DNA from: an uncultured virus (IMG/VR IMGVR_UViG_2860837431_000002)
Taxonomy: Duplodnaviria; Heunggongvirae; Uroviricota; Caudoviricetes
Reading direction: 5' to 3' (one strand)
Virus record (IMG/VR): IMGVR_UViG_2860837431_000002
Location: 1-64,000 of that record
DNA length: 64,000 bases
The translations under genes and the position numbers were made by a program. Below the pieces are notes generated by a model. It was not told the DNA's origin and did not search any database. It saw only the letters and a list, made by a program, of their open reading frames with translations. Positions 53,183-62,883 of the stretch are shown one piece after another (position 1 is the first letter of the stretch; each line of letters begins with the position of its first letter).

Positions 53183-54160
53183 TTAAATGGTCGTCTCTTT
53201 TAGACCTAGTTCTTCTGCGTAATATTTATTAACTTCTTCCTCATTAATATAATCTTGCATTGAATAAACTGCTCGATATTTGGATTTCACTCTTAAATTA
53301 AAGTCATCTATAATCTGATACCTTACAGAGTTATCAATAACCCCTTTTTCTTTATAAAGCTGATATGCTCTATACAAATGACCAGATCTAACAATAGTAT
53401 TTGGTGTTAAAAAGTTAATTTTAAAGAACTCAGATATATCAGTAATTAGATTAGTTATGACAAATTTACTTGCTTGGCCGTCTCCTTTGTTGGATGTTCT
53501 TTTTGTTTTAACTACATAATCATTTTCAACTAAAAAGACTTCTTTTGTTTGGCCTTTTGCCTTCCCATTCTTTAATTTATATTTAGTTTCCTGAGCTGCA
53601 TTTAAGGCAATAACAAGACATTCACTACTAACTTTTAGTTTTCGTTCACCGTGCTTTGAATCATAGAGGGTTAAAACGTTACCATTTAGCATCGCATCCT
53701 CAACTTGCTTTTTCGTTAAACTTAGCAATTCAGAATGAGCTAAACCTGAAACCCCTTCAAACAACAGCCTTAATACAGCCTTTGATTGATAATTAACTAA
53801 TTGACTTTCCATTTCTTCTAATTCACTATAGGTAATATATAATTTTTTATCCCCAAGACACTCATAAAGCTCTTCTTCTGAAATAGTTCTTGCTAAATTG
53901 GTTAATCCTTTACTTAACTTATATGAAATTGCCCAATCAATATACAATGACAATAATGCTAAGGTTCTCCGAACACTACCGATAGTGGTTTGATCAAATG
54001 ATCGTATAAGTTCTAAAATTTGCATTGATGTGAAATCATAAATGTCCTTATTATATAAAGTCTCAGTAATCTCTGCTTTAGCAAAAATAGGCCTCATCTG
54101 CAAAACCATACCCTCAGATAAGGTATCTAAATATTTTTCCTTAATCTCACTATTGAACAT
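53183..54160 (-). CDS. yopR: Master repressor MrpR/SroF (degenerate tyrosine-recombinase fold)
   Basis: 325 aa, last gene of the yopM-R operon; catalytic Arg/HxxR not evident. Confidence 0.85.
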   Translation of the reverse strand: MFNSEIKEKYLDTLSEGMVLQMRPIFAKAEITETLYNKDIYDFTSMQILELIRSFDQTTIGSVRRTLALLSLYIDWAISYKLSKGLTNLARTISEEELYECLGDKKLYITYSELEEMESQLVNYQSKAVLRLLFEGVSGLAHSELLSLTKKQVEDAMLNGNVLTLYDSKHGERKLKVSSECLVIALNAAQETKYKLKNGKAKGQTKEVFLVENDYVVKTKRTSNKGDGQASKFVITNLITDISEFFKINFLTPNTIVRSGHLYRAYQLYKEKGVIDNSVRYQIIDDFNLRVKSKYRAVYSMQDYINEEEVNKYYAEELGLKETTI

Positions 54161-54183
54161 TGCAACAAACAACTCCTAAGTAA

Positions 54184-55566
54184 TTACTCGTCTATTTTTA
54201 AATTATTGAAGAAATTCCATATCTTTTGTGGTGATTTAGCATTTCCATTCTTGTCTACTACACCTAATTCATCCCACAACTTATTTTTCTTACTAAAGTC
54301 TATAGAGCCTAAAACATCAGTAATCTTACTTTCCAACTCGTCCAGGCTTACCCCATCTAATTGCAATTTCTTAGCTAATCCCACATAACCATTAAAGAAC
54401 AAATAGTTGTTTACAAAACTTCTCTTCCGTTCTTTTGCTATATCACCTAAGAACTCATCTACATATTGTGTAGCTAAAGCATCAAAGAAAGATGTAAGGT
54501 ATCTTGCAGTTTTTAAGATGTCTGCCTGAGTAGAAAAATCTTTTTTAGAATAGCTTCTTTCAATTGCCTTTTTGAAGTCAGAAAAAGTTATAAGTAAGTT
54601 TTGATTCTGATTTATCCAGTCTCCATTTGTCTTTATATAATCACCAATTATGCTATTATCCTGAATAAACTTAACAATTTTATTTGAATAAACATTTTGA
54701 CTCATCTCAGCTACTTTAGATTTCTTCACTGGATTTATTGTATTTTGTTGCCCAAAATGCTCTCTCGCCCTTTTTTGAGTGTAGTTATAGATGTCCACTT
54801 TAAAGGTTTCTTCAAACAAATGATCTAACTCAGGATGCTGTCTTATAGCCATAGTAATGCCTATTAGCCGGTGATACCCGTCTAAAACGTCTAAAATGGT
54901 GTCTTCAGTCACTGTAAGCGACATAGTGTCGTCATCATATTTTAATTCTTCGCCACAACTTGCGCTTCCAACACGTGCATTAAACGTAAAAACTGATTTA
55001 ATTAATTTCCCATCTAAGAACAGTTCCTTTATTTCTTCAACCGATTGTTTATTGAGCTGCGGTACAGGTATCTCAATATCTGAGCCCTCTAGTTTTTTCG
55101 TTTTGTTCGTTCTTTGAGCATTAGGATTATAGTGCAATAACTTATTTTCAAATAGCATAAACAACTCTTTAGCAGTGATGGGGAAGAAATAATTATCATC
55201 CGAATACTTTACAACTTGTTTGAATGTATACGGAAATTTTATATCTTCCTCCACAGATCCTTCCCATAACGTTTCAATTTCTCTCATATCCGTTTCTGTG
55301 AAGTAATTTCGTGGATTAAACCTTTCACTTTCAAGAACTGAGTATAGGGACTTGGCTAAAAAGTACATATATTCTTTAGAAATTTCGACTTCTGGATTTT
55401 CTATATCATAAATTAATTTTTGTGTTGTCCCTGGAGTAATTTTATTTTTAGCCATCTCTAATTGAATATCGTTAATAAAAGATCTTATGTGTTTATTTTT
55501 CGAGATAGCATCTTTCATTTCTGAAAGCAGTTTCTCATTTGCAGACTGATCAAAGATCACTGTCAT
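54184..55566 (-). CDS. yopQ: YopQ/SroE, DndB/ParB-like (DGxHR) protein
   Basis: VLDGYHR motif; 460 aa. Confidence 0.8.
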   Translation of the reverse strand: MTVIFDQSANEKLLSEMKDAISKNKHIRSFINDIQLEMAKNKITPGTTQKLIYDIENPEVEISKEYMYFLAKSLYSVLESERFNPRNYFTETDMREIETLWEGSVEEDIKFPYTFKQVVKYSDDNYFFPITAKELFMLFENKLLHYNPNAQRTNKTKKLEGSDIEIPVPQLNKQSVEEIKELFLDGKLIKSVFTFNARVGSASCGEELKYDDDTMSLTVTEDTILDVLDGYHRLIGITMAIRQHPELDHLFEETFKVDIYNYTQKRAREHFGQQNTINPVKKSKVAEMSQNVYSNKIVKFIQDNSIIGDYIKTNGDWINQNQNLLITFSDFKKAIERSYSKKDFSTQADILKTARYLTSFFDALATQYVDEFLGDIAKERKRSFVNNYLFFNGYVGLAKKLQLDGVSLDELESKITDVLGSIDFSKKNKLWDELGVVDKNGNAKSPQKIWNFFNNLKIDE

Positions 55567-55672
55567 ATAGCCTTTCACCTCATGTCATGTTGCTAAATTT
55601 AAAGTTACCAAAGGCAATCTGGTTAATCAAGAAGAATTATCATTTGAACTGAGTAATATACCGAAAAAATGA

Positions 55673-56749
55673 TTATCGCTCATTTACATGCTTTATAAAC
55701 TTTTTTAATGTAACAAGATCAGCGTTTTCAAAAAAACTAATAAAATCCTCTTGGGTTGCTTCATATAGTGGATTTAAATCGATTTTTTCATCCATTGTTA
55801 CACCAGCAGAGTTCTCTATGTTAATCTTTCTGCTCATATATCTCTCTGTTGTTAATGTGTTTTTATGATTTCCTTGTTCTTTTGCTGCAAGTAAATCGTG
55901 ACCAGAATTCTCATAGACATAGTCAATTCCTACACCCTTAAATGAGTGTAAGACTAATTCTCTTTCAGGAGGTATTCCTAATCTTTTTTTCGACCTTTTT
56001 AAGGAGTGTCGTAAAGATTGTTCCGAAAGCCCCTGAAAAACCAATTCAGTTTCGATGTCATCCTCTTCCTTCAGCTGCAACAATTCCTCATAAAATACCT
56101 GGTTAATGCCTGTAGACACAACCTGAGATCCTTTATCAATAACTGTTACTATATAATGGCCTGTACTTTCATCAAGCTGTATGTCTTTCCATCTTACTCG
56201 CAAAATCGCACTTACACGAAAAGAAGTTCTGATGGCGAATTTAACAAACAGCTTTTTCATTAAAGGTTTCTGTCTTTCATTTATATACATATCCTGAGCG
56301 ATTCTTTCGGCTTCTGTCTGGGTTGTTTTATCCCAGTTTTTAGTTACTGTTTTAAGCCTTTCGACAGTATTAAACACCGACAAGTCAATATAGTCCTTAT
56401 AATCATGCTCCAAATATGTATAGAGCATCTTCAGGGAGGTCATTTTTCTGTTAATACTATTATTAACTAATCCCTTTTCCTGAAGATACTTCACATAGTT
56501 GCTTAATTCGCTTTTACTTACAACTAAATCATCGGGAACTAAACTTTTGACATCTTTACCTTTAATCACACTAAAGAACTGCTTAATATCCCCTTCATAA
56601 TTCTTTCTGGTGTTCGACACCCTTCTAGTTGATGAAGGCATCATATAGTTAGAATTCCCTGAGCTACTTCTTATATCTTTATTGATTAAAAAGCCCTCGA
56701 TATCATCGTAAACCGCATAATTTTTTAATTGTTTAACTTTATTTTGCAT
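55673..56749 (-). CDS. yopP: YopP/SroD tyrosine-recombinase-family protein
   Basis: SAM-like N-domain; SFRVSAI, DKG, LHSFK, GNH and TERY motifs; 358 aa. Confidence 0.85.
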   Translation of the reverse strand: MQNKVKQLKNYAVYDDIEGFLINKDIRSSSGNSNYMMPSSTRRVSNTRKNYEGDIKQFFSVIKGKDVKSLVPDDLVVSKSELSNYVKYLQEKGLVNNSINRKMTSLKMLYTYLEHDYKDYIDLSVFNTVERLKTVTKNWDKTTQTEAERIAQDMYINERQKPLMKKLFVKFAIRTSFRVSAILRVRWKDIQLDESTGHYIVTVIDKGSQVVSTGINQVFYEELLQLKEEDDIETELVFQGLSEQSLRHSLKRSKKRLGIPPERELVLHSFKGVGIDYVYENSGHDLLAAKEQGNHKNTLTTERYMSRKINIENSAGVTMDEKIDLNPLYEATQEDFISFFENADLVTLKKFIKHVNER

Positions 56750-56951
56750 TATCTTCTCCTCCTTTCTCATCCAATAACTCATCAATAGAGACATTCAATA
56801 CCAGAGCGATAAGCTTTATGGTTGTAACATCTGATTCATCTGGCATTTCAATGATTTTGTTTAATTTCTGAATATCAATCATTGTCTCCCTCGACAATTC
56901 CTCTATTGTGATGCCACGTTTGACCATTAGCTGTTTTATTCGCTCTGACAT
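56739..56951 (-). CDS. yopO: XRE HTH regulator SroC
   Basis: 70-aa HTH. Confidence 0.8.
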   Translation of the reverse strand: MSERIKQLMVKRGITIEELSRETMIDIQKLNKIIEMPDESDVTTIKLIALVLNVSIDELLDEKGGEDNAK

Positions 56952-56998
56952 GTCAACCTCCTATTTTTATGTATACTATAGACTGTAGTGCGTATATG

Positions 56999-57316
56999 TT
57001 ATGGTTGATAAATAAACTCTTCAAATTCAATTGCAATGTGTCGTTTTAAATTCTTCACAAAATGTATTAGGGATCTAAAATGCGGATTATTTTCAATGCT
57101 TCTTTTTAATCCATCTCCACCTAATAATACTCTATTTAGATCTTTTAATAATGCTGCTATCTCTATTTTTGCACCATGTAGATCATCTTCAGTTTTTGCA
57201 TTAACAATCATATTTCTTATGTTTAGTACACTCTCTATGTAAGTTTGTTTCGCATTTAAAACAAAATCGGCATCAATATCTTTATGATTTGTAGACCTAA
57301 GTTCTACAACATGCAT
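56999..57316 (-). CDS. yopN: YopN/SroB
   Basis: 105 aa, synteny. Confidence 0.75.
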   Translation of the reverse strand: MHVVELRSTNHKDIDADFVLNAKQTYIESVLNIRNMIVNAKTEDDLHGAKIEIAALLKDLNRVLLGGDGLKRSIENNPHFRSLIHFVKNLKRHIAIEFEEFIYQP

Positions 57317-57318
57317 TA

Positions 57319-57519
57319 TTAATCCTCCTTGTATTCACTTAGCAATTTCATGTATCCTTTAGTTAGTTGTTTTCGAACATTTTCATTCTTCATTATTTTT
57401 GACTTTTCAATGCTTTTTTCATGAAAAAACAAATCATTTTTAACTAAGCTTTCAACTTTCTTTTGGTAAATGGTTTTATGCATTGTCATACTGTTTTTTA
57501 AGTAACTAATTGCGGACAT
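57319..57519 (-). CDS. yopM: YopM/SroA
   Basis: 66 aa, synteny. Confidence 0.75.
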   Translation of the reverse strand: MSAISYLKNSMTMHKTIYQKKVESLVKNDLFFHEKSIEKSKIMKNENVRKQLTKGYMKLLSEYKED

Positions 57520-57696
57520 ACCACCAACCTCCTATATACATATTTTTTATCTTTTGCATCTATAGCAATTGTAATGCATTACAAAAGGGAAGTAAAGATT
57601 TTTTTAACGACAAATAGCACATTCTACGCAATTTTTTTGCGAATGTGCTGCTTTGTAATGCATTTCATTTAATTAGGGTGTATGTATTTGAAGTTG

Positions 57697-57733
57697 ATCA
57701 CTAGATGTTATTAAAACCTAATATTTAAGTGAT
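57697..57733. promoter_or_regulatory. AimR operator (aimX region)
   Basis: ATCACT-N25-AGTGAT downstream of aimP. Confidence 0.85.
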
Positions 57734-57750
57734 GGCCTTAAAACTACAAA

Positions 57751-57782
57751 AGACGCTTAGCTCAAAAGAGCCAAACGTCTTC
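57751..57782 (-). terminator. Terminator after aimP
   Basis: AAGACG...GCTC AAAA GAGC...CGTCTT hairpin. Confidence 0.6.
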
Positions 57783-57845
57783 CTTTTCTCTGTTTAATTT
57801 AATTAAATAAATAATAATACTAATAACTTTATGTGTCAATGGATT

Positions 57846-57971
57846 TTATGCTCCACGTGGCATTCCAGCAACCTCATAATCACCTGAAGCTTGTTGGATT
57901 GAAGAATCTGCACTTATGTAAGAAGTGCCTAGTGCGCCCAAGATAACTAAAGCCATAATAAGTTTTTTCAT
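57846..57971 (-). CDS. aimP: Arbitrium pro-peptide (mature GMPRGA)
   Basis: Manual translation MKKLIMALVILGALGTSYISADSSIQQASGDYEVAGMPRGA. Confidence 0.95.
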   Translation of the reverse strand: MKKLIMALVILGALGTSYISADSSIQQASGDYEVAGMPRGA

Positions 57972-57984
57972 TGTCTCACCTCCT

Positions 57985-59145
57985 TTAAAGTAAAAGTAAT
58001 TCTAAAAGTTTTTGATTTTCACCCATCTTTTGCAGTTCTAACAGTGGCAGCCTAATAAGGAATTTGTCATTAGACTTTTTAAAATACTCGATTGAAGAAT
58101 AGAAACATGCTTTATTTTGTTCGAGTCTTCCTTTCAAATAATAATGCATTGCAAGCTCATTATCGTTGTGAACTAAAAGATCTAGTTTATCCAAAACTTC
58201 TTTTGCTTTGGAAATTTCATTAAAGTTGATAAAACAATGAGCTTGCTCCTGCAAATCCATAATTGAATCAGATTCAAAATTAATCCACTTATTTTCTTTG
58301 CGCCATACATTATTTAAGAAGCACAAAGCCTGCTGGAAAATCATGTTGTAATTTTCATTTTGAACAGAAACGCTTAGCCCTTTTAAAAAGTTTTCTTGAG
58401 CCAATTCATAATTCGAAAATAATAGAGAGTTGCCAATAGTTAAGTAGCTGAAAACCTGAAATCTCAGGATATTTGTACTTTCCAATGCCTTTTTAGAGTA
58501 CTCTCTGCACTCCTCTAATGAATTTTCATTTAACTTTATATTAGACATTAGAACATGAACTCTTGTTTGATATGTATTTCTAATGTACATGTTCTCAGAA
58601 ATCTCACTTAGGTCAATTTGTTTTATAAGTTGGGCCATCGGAGAAAAGTTACCAGTGCTTAAATAATGATAAAGCAGCAAGAGTCTTGAGAAAGAATTCA
58701 TTTCAGGTGTTTTTATATTTAATTTGCCGAGTCTTTTCACTGCCTCAAATTCAGTAATAACACTGTTAGACAGTTCTCTATGTATTTTATACACTTTTCC
58801 ATATTCTTTACTTTTCATATTGCTGCAAGAAATCATTGAATCTATTAAAACATCTTCTATTTCAAAAAACATATTTGCATCAGCATACTCCAATGCACTT
58901 CTTGCTGCCTTTGTCTTAACATCTAGGTTTAAACAGTAATCTTTCATTAATTCATATTCACGGTCTGGATACTGACTCTTAACAATGTTGACTATTGAAG
59001 AAAATTCATTAAATGTTTTCCCATCATGGTTTAAGAAGTCATAAAGAGGATTGGGGTTTTTAAGGCCAGCTACTGTTGCCCATTTATTCATTAAAGAGTT
59101 GTCATTTTCCAAGTCTTTCTTCATAGCTATCCTTATTAACTCCAT
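57985..59145 (-). CDS. aimR: Arbitrium receptor (RRNPP family)
   Basis: 386 aa, MELIRIAMKKDLENDNSL start, TPR repeats, directly upstream of aimP. Confidence 0.95.
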   Translation of the reverse strand: MELIRIAMKKDLENDNSLMNKWATVAGLKNPNPLYDFLNHDGKTFNEFSSIVNIVKSQYPDREYELMKDYCLNLDVKTKAARSALEYADANMFFEIEDVLIDSMISCSNMKSKEYGKVYKIHRELSNSVITEFEAVKRLGKLNIKTPEMNSFSRLLLLYHYLSTGNFSPMAQLIKQIDLSEISENMYIRNTYQTRVHVLMSNIKLNENSLEECREYSKKALESTNILRFQVFSYLTIGNSLLFSNYELAQENFLKGLSVSVQNENYNMIFQQALCFLNNVWRKENKWINFESDSIMDLQEQAHCFINFNEISKAKEVLDKLDLLVHNDNELAMHYYLKGRLEQNKACFYSSIEYFKKSNDKFLIRLPLLELQKMGENQKLLELLLL

Positions 59146-59286
59146 TATTTCCCCTCATTTCTTTTTGTTGTCTTTATTGGTTAACTTAATAATACTATAG
59201 ATCACATTACGAGTCAATTATTTTATACATATTTTTTGTATTTGTATTCTCTTTAAAATTCCTATTTTATATAAACACAATGAGGG

Positions 59287-60381
59287 TTAATCCTCATTGT
59301 GCATAATTGGCCATATACAGCTTTCAACTTTTATCTTAAATTCATTTTGTGTTTTATGATCCAGCTTTTTATAAAGTTCTTTCATAAGTTGCCTTTGGTA
59401 TTGAATATGTTCTATTAGTTCGTCTTTCTTTTTCTTCCCAAGTCCTGGTCGTGTTGGCAACCATTCGTCCTCATAACCAATAAATTCAAGTAAGAGAGAC
59501 TTAAAGGCCTCATTTTCTTTTTCCAGTACTTTAAGACGCTCTTTTGTTATATGATTAGACTTTTTAACTTCTATTAGTTCTTGAACTTTACCTTGTGCTC
59601 TTACTTTATCCTCATTGGTCAAAATGCTTAAAAAGTTCATTACTTGGTTAAAAAACAAAATGAGTTTTAATGAATTACTAGGTGTACCATAAGTTTTTAA
59701 GTACCCATGTGATAATGCATGACGACTTAGCTCAGAGGTTGTCTCACTCCCATAAAATTTTTCTAAAACAACATCTTTATAATAAGTCCTCATTTTATAA
59801 TTGAAAGTGAAATAATCAACTTGTTGATCCTTTTCTTCTTCTGTTTCAAATAAAACATTTAAATAAATGTTTAAAAACCTCTCTTGGTAAAAATTCCTAT
59901 GATTAAATACCTCAAAAATTATTCCTTCCATTTGAGGCATTAATGTTGCTATCGATGAATAGTACAAACCTGAATTGTGACACTTGATTGCTGATTCCAA
60001 TATTTTGAATCTCTCAGCTAAAAATTTTTGTTTGCCCCAATTTACCAGTAATCGCTGCATTTCATCTTGATTTAATAATCCAAACAGAACTTGGTATATT
60101 TCTTCTTCAATATCTGTTTCCATACTATCTTTTGCATTATACTGATTGATTTTATCATCTATCTTGTTAATTAGATGTGAATCCCACATTGGCGGATATC
60201 CCATTTCAACTAAATATCCGTTAACCCGCTCTCTCTTATCATTTGATTGTTTCAATTGAGTTAAAGTATCATATATTGGTTTTATTTGTTTTATCGAGTA
60301 CATTTGAACATCATTAAGAGAAACACTAATTGGTTCCATAGATTGAACTATCATTTGTTCAATATTATTAGGTTTTTTCAT
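59287..60381 (-). CDS. Putative HEPN-domain protein
   Basis: LSRHALSHG Rx4H motif; bounded by sites 59253 and 60402. Confidence 0.6.
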   Translation of the reverse strand: MKKPNNIEQMIVQSMEPISVSLNDVQMYSIKQIKPIYDTLTQLKQSNDKRERVNGYLVEMGYPPMWDSHLINKIDDKINQYNAKDSMETDIEEEIYQVLFGLLNQDEMQRLLVNWGKQKFLAERFKILESAIKCHNSGLYYSSIATLMPQMEGIIFEVFNHRNFYQERFLNIYLNVLFETEEEKDQQVDYFTFNYKMRTYYKDVVLEKFYGSETTSELSRHALSHGYLKTYGTPSNSLKLILFFNQVMNFLSILTNEDKVRAQGKVQELIEVKKSNHITKERLKVLEKENEAFKSLLLEFIGYEDEWLPTRPGLGKKKKDELIEHIQYQRQLMKELYKKLDHKTQNEFKIKVESCIWPIMHNED

Positions 60382-60415
60382 TTGTTCCCTCGCTTAATTC
60401 CATAAAAGGATTCTT

Positions 60416-60748
60416 TTATCTCAATGGATCTCCTGAAGCTATATGCCAATGCAGATGCTTTGAGTCCTGATAATCTCCTAAGTTTGTAAGCACCCTGCAA
60501 GATCCACTTTCTTTTGTCACCTTCGCTGCAACCTTTTTAATCACACCCATCAACTCGAGTAAAAGTTCGTTGTCGTCTTCTTCCAAAGTGATTAAAGAAG
60601 AGATATGTTTTTTAGGAATAGCAACAATATGCACCGGCCAAAAAGGTCTTGTATGATGATACGCCAATACATTATCGGTTTCTAAAACTTTATTTACTTT
60701 TGTTTTTCCGCTTAATACTTCATCGCAATAAAAGTCTTCTGTCATCAT
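60416..60748 (-). CDS. HIT-family nucleotide hydrolase
   Basis: HIVAIPKKH and HLHWH histidine triad; GGGGG RBS. Confidence 0.88.
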   Translation of the reverse strand: MMTEDFYCDEVLSGKTKVNKVLETDNVLAYHHTRPFWPVHIVAIPKKHISSLITLEEDDNELLLELMGVIKKVAAKVTKESGSCRVLTNLGDYQDSKHLHWHIASGDPLR

Positions 60749-61019
60749 TAATCCCCCCTTACTTTTTAGCTTTGGATCATCATAATCAATATACAGATTA
60801 ACCCAATGCTCTGCTTTATATTTCACCTTTATCATTAAAATAAGAGAACCACAATAAACTAATGAACCCAGCAGCTCCTATAATTGTAGATATAATGTAA
60901 GTCCAATTAAGTAAATCCATAAGCTTACTCCTTTAAGAAATAATGTCTAAATAAAATGATTATTTTATTACTATTATACTACAATTTTCCATAGATACAC
61001 TAAACAAAAAGCAGTCTAT

Positions 61020-61313
61020 TCAGATCTGCTTTTTATTGTTTTCTTCTTTTAACTTTTTATTTAGTTTGAACCCAATTAAGATATTGACAATAGCTGCTGG
61101 AAGATATAAAACTCCTGCACCTATTATTCCTAATGCAGTACTTGAACTCACTATAAATGTCTGCATTTCTGTGTTTCTTGACTTCAAGCTAAGTAATACT
61201 AGAAGGCCAGCTAAAACTCCCATAAGCCGTGCAATACCTGGAACAAAAAAATCTGTTAGGACTCCAAATAATTGCCCTATAATTGATAATGTAATCCCCA
61301 AAAAGCTGGACAA
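61020..61313 (-). CDS. Small membrane protein
   Basis: Hydrophobic ORF; start uncertain. Confidence 0.45.
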   Translation of the reverse strand: MSSFLGITLSIIGQLFGVLTDFFVPGIARLMGVLAGLLVLLSLKSRNTEMQTFIVSSSTALGIIGAGVLYLPAAIVNILIGFKLNKKLKEENNKKQI

Positions 61314-61489
61314 TAAGGCTAAATTTTTAATGGCGTTTCACCTCTTTTCAAAGCCGCTTCCATTCCACGTATTCAAACTGCTTTTGATAAAGGTCTTCCA
61401 GTATGGCAGCCCATTCAATCCAACCTTCTGCAACAATGCTTTTCTTGTCCCCATCCTCAATCCACTCTATCCAATACACCTGAGCACTC

Positions 61490-61705
61490 CTAACGTTTTA
61501 CGACTTGTATTTCCCTTACCTCACATTGCACATTACACTTCGTTTTGAGCTCACTTGCTACCTCAATGACTTCTAACATATTATGCATTTTAGAAGCACC
61601 GTGGAGGTCGCTAGATGTCAAATAACCGCTCTCATCTAACTTAAATGATTTGAAGTATTCATTGTTTTCAAACTGCAATACATAAAAATAATCAATCAAA
61701 GGCAT
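61490..61705 (-). CDS. YopF-like protein
   Basis: 71 aa, synteny. Confidence 0.6.
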   Translation of the reverse strand: MPLIDYFYVLQFENNEYFKSFKLDESGYLTSSDLHGASKMHNMLEVIEVASELKTKCNVQCEVREIQVVKR

Positions 61706-61708
61706 AAA

Positions 61709-61960
61709 TCAACCTCTTTTAAATAATTTTGTAATCCTCATTGCCAATGGCAGTAAACCAATTAGCATAAAAAAAGCAATCACATTAAGCTTATTTTTGA
61801 AAAACAGGCTGGCCAAATTCCTTTCCATGCCCGCTGCTGTTTCTTTATCCATGAGTTCTTTAAACTCTTCATCATAGACCTGATCAACAAAAATAAACTT
61901 AATGTCGGTCAATAATCCAACTCCAAGCCAGATAATTAAAAAATAAGCTAATCCAATCAT
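61709..61960 (-). CDS. YopE-like membrane protein
   Basis: 83 aa, two TM segments. Confidence 0.6.
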   Translation of the reverse strand: MIGLAYFLIIWLGVGLLTDIKFIFVDQVYDEEFKELMDKETAAGMERNLASLFFKNKLNVIAFFMLIGLLPLAMRITKLFKRG

Positions 61961-62030
61961 TTGTTCCCTCCCTATATCGAACGAAATTTGCTATTCTTGA
62001 GTATGTTGAATAAATTATGTGGGTGATCTT

Positions 62031-62210
62031 GTGGAAGAGAAGTTTGAAACAAACGGGTATGATACTTCAATCGTTTATGATTACAAAGAATATCCAGATG
62101 TAAAATACGGACGCTGCGACAACTGTGATTACACACTGTTCAAAAGCTCTGTGAAGAGTGGAATATTCTTGCGTGAATGCCGGCGTTGCGGTATGAAAAA
62201 GAGCATATAG
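62031..62210 (+). CDS. Small Zn-ribbon protein
   Basis: CDNC...CRRC; downstream hairpin AAAAAGAGCA...TGCTCTTTTT. Confidence 0.6.
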   Translation: MEEKFETNGYDTSIVYDYKEYPDVKYGRCDNCDYTLFKSSVKSGIFLRECRRCGMKKSI

Positions 62211-62247
62211 ATTAATGCTCTTTTTTGTAATATTGAACCCTTAATCA

Positions 62248-62883
62248 CTAGTTATGATGGTATTCTTTAATTCCATCAGAAGATATCACAACAGAATAAG
62301 CTGTTTTACCAATCATTTCATCGTCTGCCCGCTTTATTGCTTTAAAATTAAGTCGTGCAAAGTTTCTCGGATTTTTATAATAGTGATCTCGCTTTAACAC
62401 TTCTGCAGATATAAACCTTATAGCTTCTTTCTCTGCATCTCCGTTGCTGTTTGAGTTCAATTTTACACTTAATTCTTCAATTTCTAGACCACTATAATCA
62501 TCATCTGATGAAAAACCAAATAATTTTGGTTCGTGTTGTCGCATGAACCCGACATAAAATACAGATACTGGTTTGATTCCAGGATAGACCGCTTCGAAAT
62601 GTGCTTTCCCGTATTTAAATGAGTCTCTAAAAATACCAAGTGGGTCAATGCTATGCAGATTTAAAACATCAACATTTTGATTTAGCAATTCAAATGCCTT
62701 TTCTGCTATTAGAGTGGATCCAGCAAACGAAACAATGTACTTATTGTCTATTATTTTTATCTTAATATAGTCATCTGATTTAATTTTTAACAATTCACCA
62801 GAGCAGCTGTCTGTTTCTGTCTGTCTTTTATCAGCAGTCATTATTATGTTATTGCTCCATTTTACTGCTACAATCATCGTCAT
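62248..62883 (-). CDS. Putative Ntn-hydrolase (proteasome beta/HslV-like) fold protein
   Basis: M-T-hydrophobic strand, ADKRQT, K33-like IKI, FAGS. Confidence 0.55.
   Translation of the reverse strand: MTMIVAVKWSNNIIMTADKRQTETDSCSGELLKIKSDDYIKIKIIDNKYIVSFAGSTLIAEKAFELLNQNVDVLNLHSIDPLGIFRDSFKYGKAHFEAVYPGIKPVSVFYVGFMRQHEPKLFGFSSDDDYSGLEIEELSVKLNSNSNGDAEKEAIRFISAEVLKRDHYYKNPRNFARLNFKAIKRADDEMIGKTAYSVVISSDGIKEYHHN

Noticed and set aside
57560..57700. Protein-coding aimX
   Set aside because: Only a ~14-codon ORF and a hairpin are visible. Whether it is coding or an ncRNA cannot be decided from sequence.
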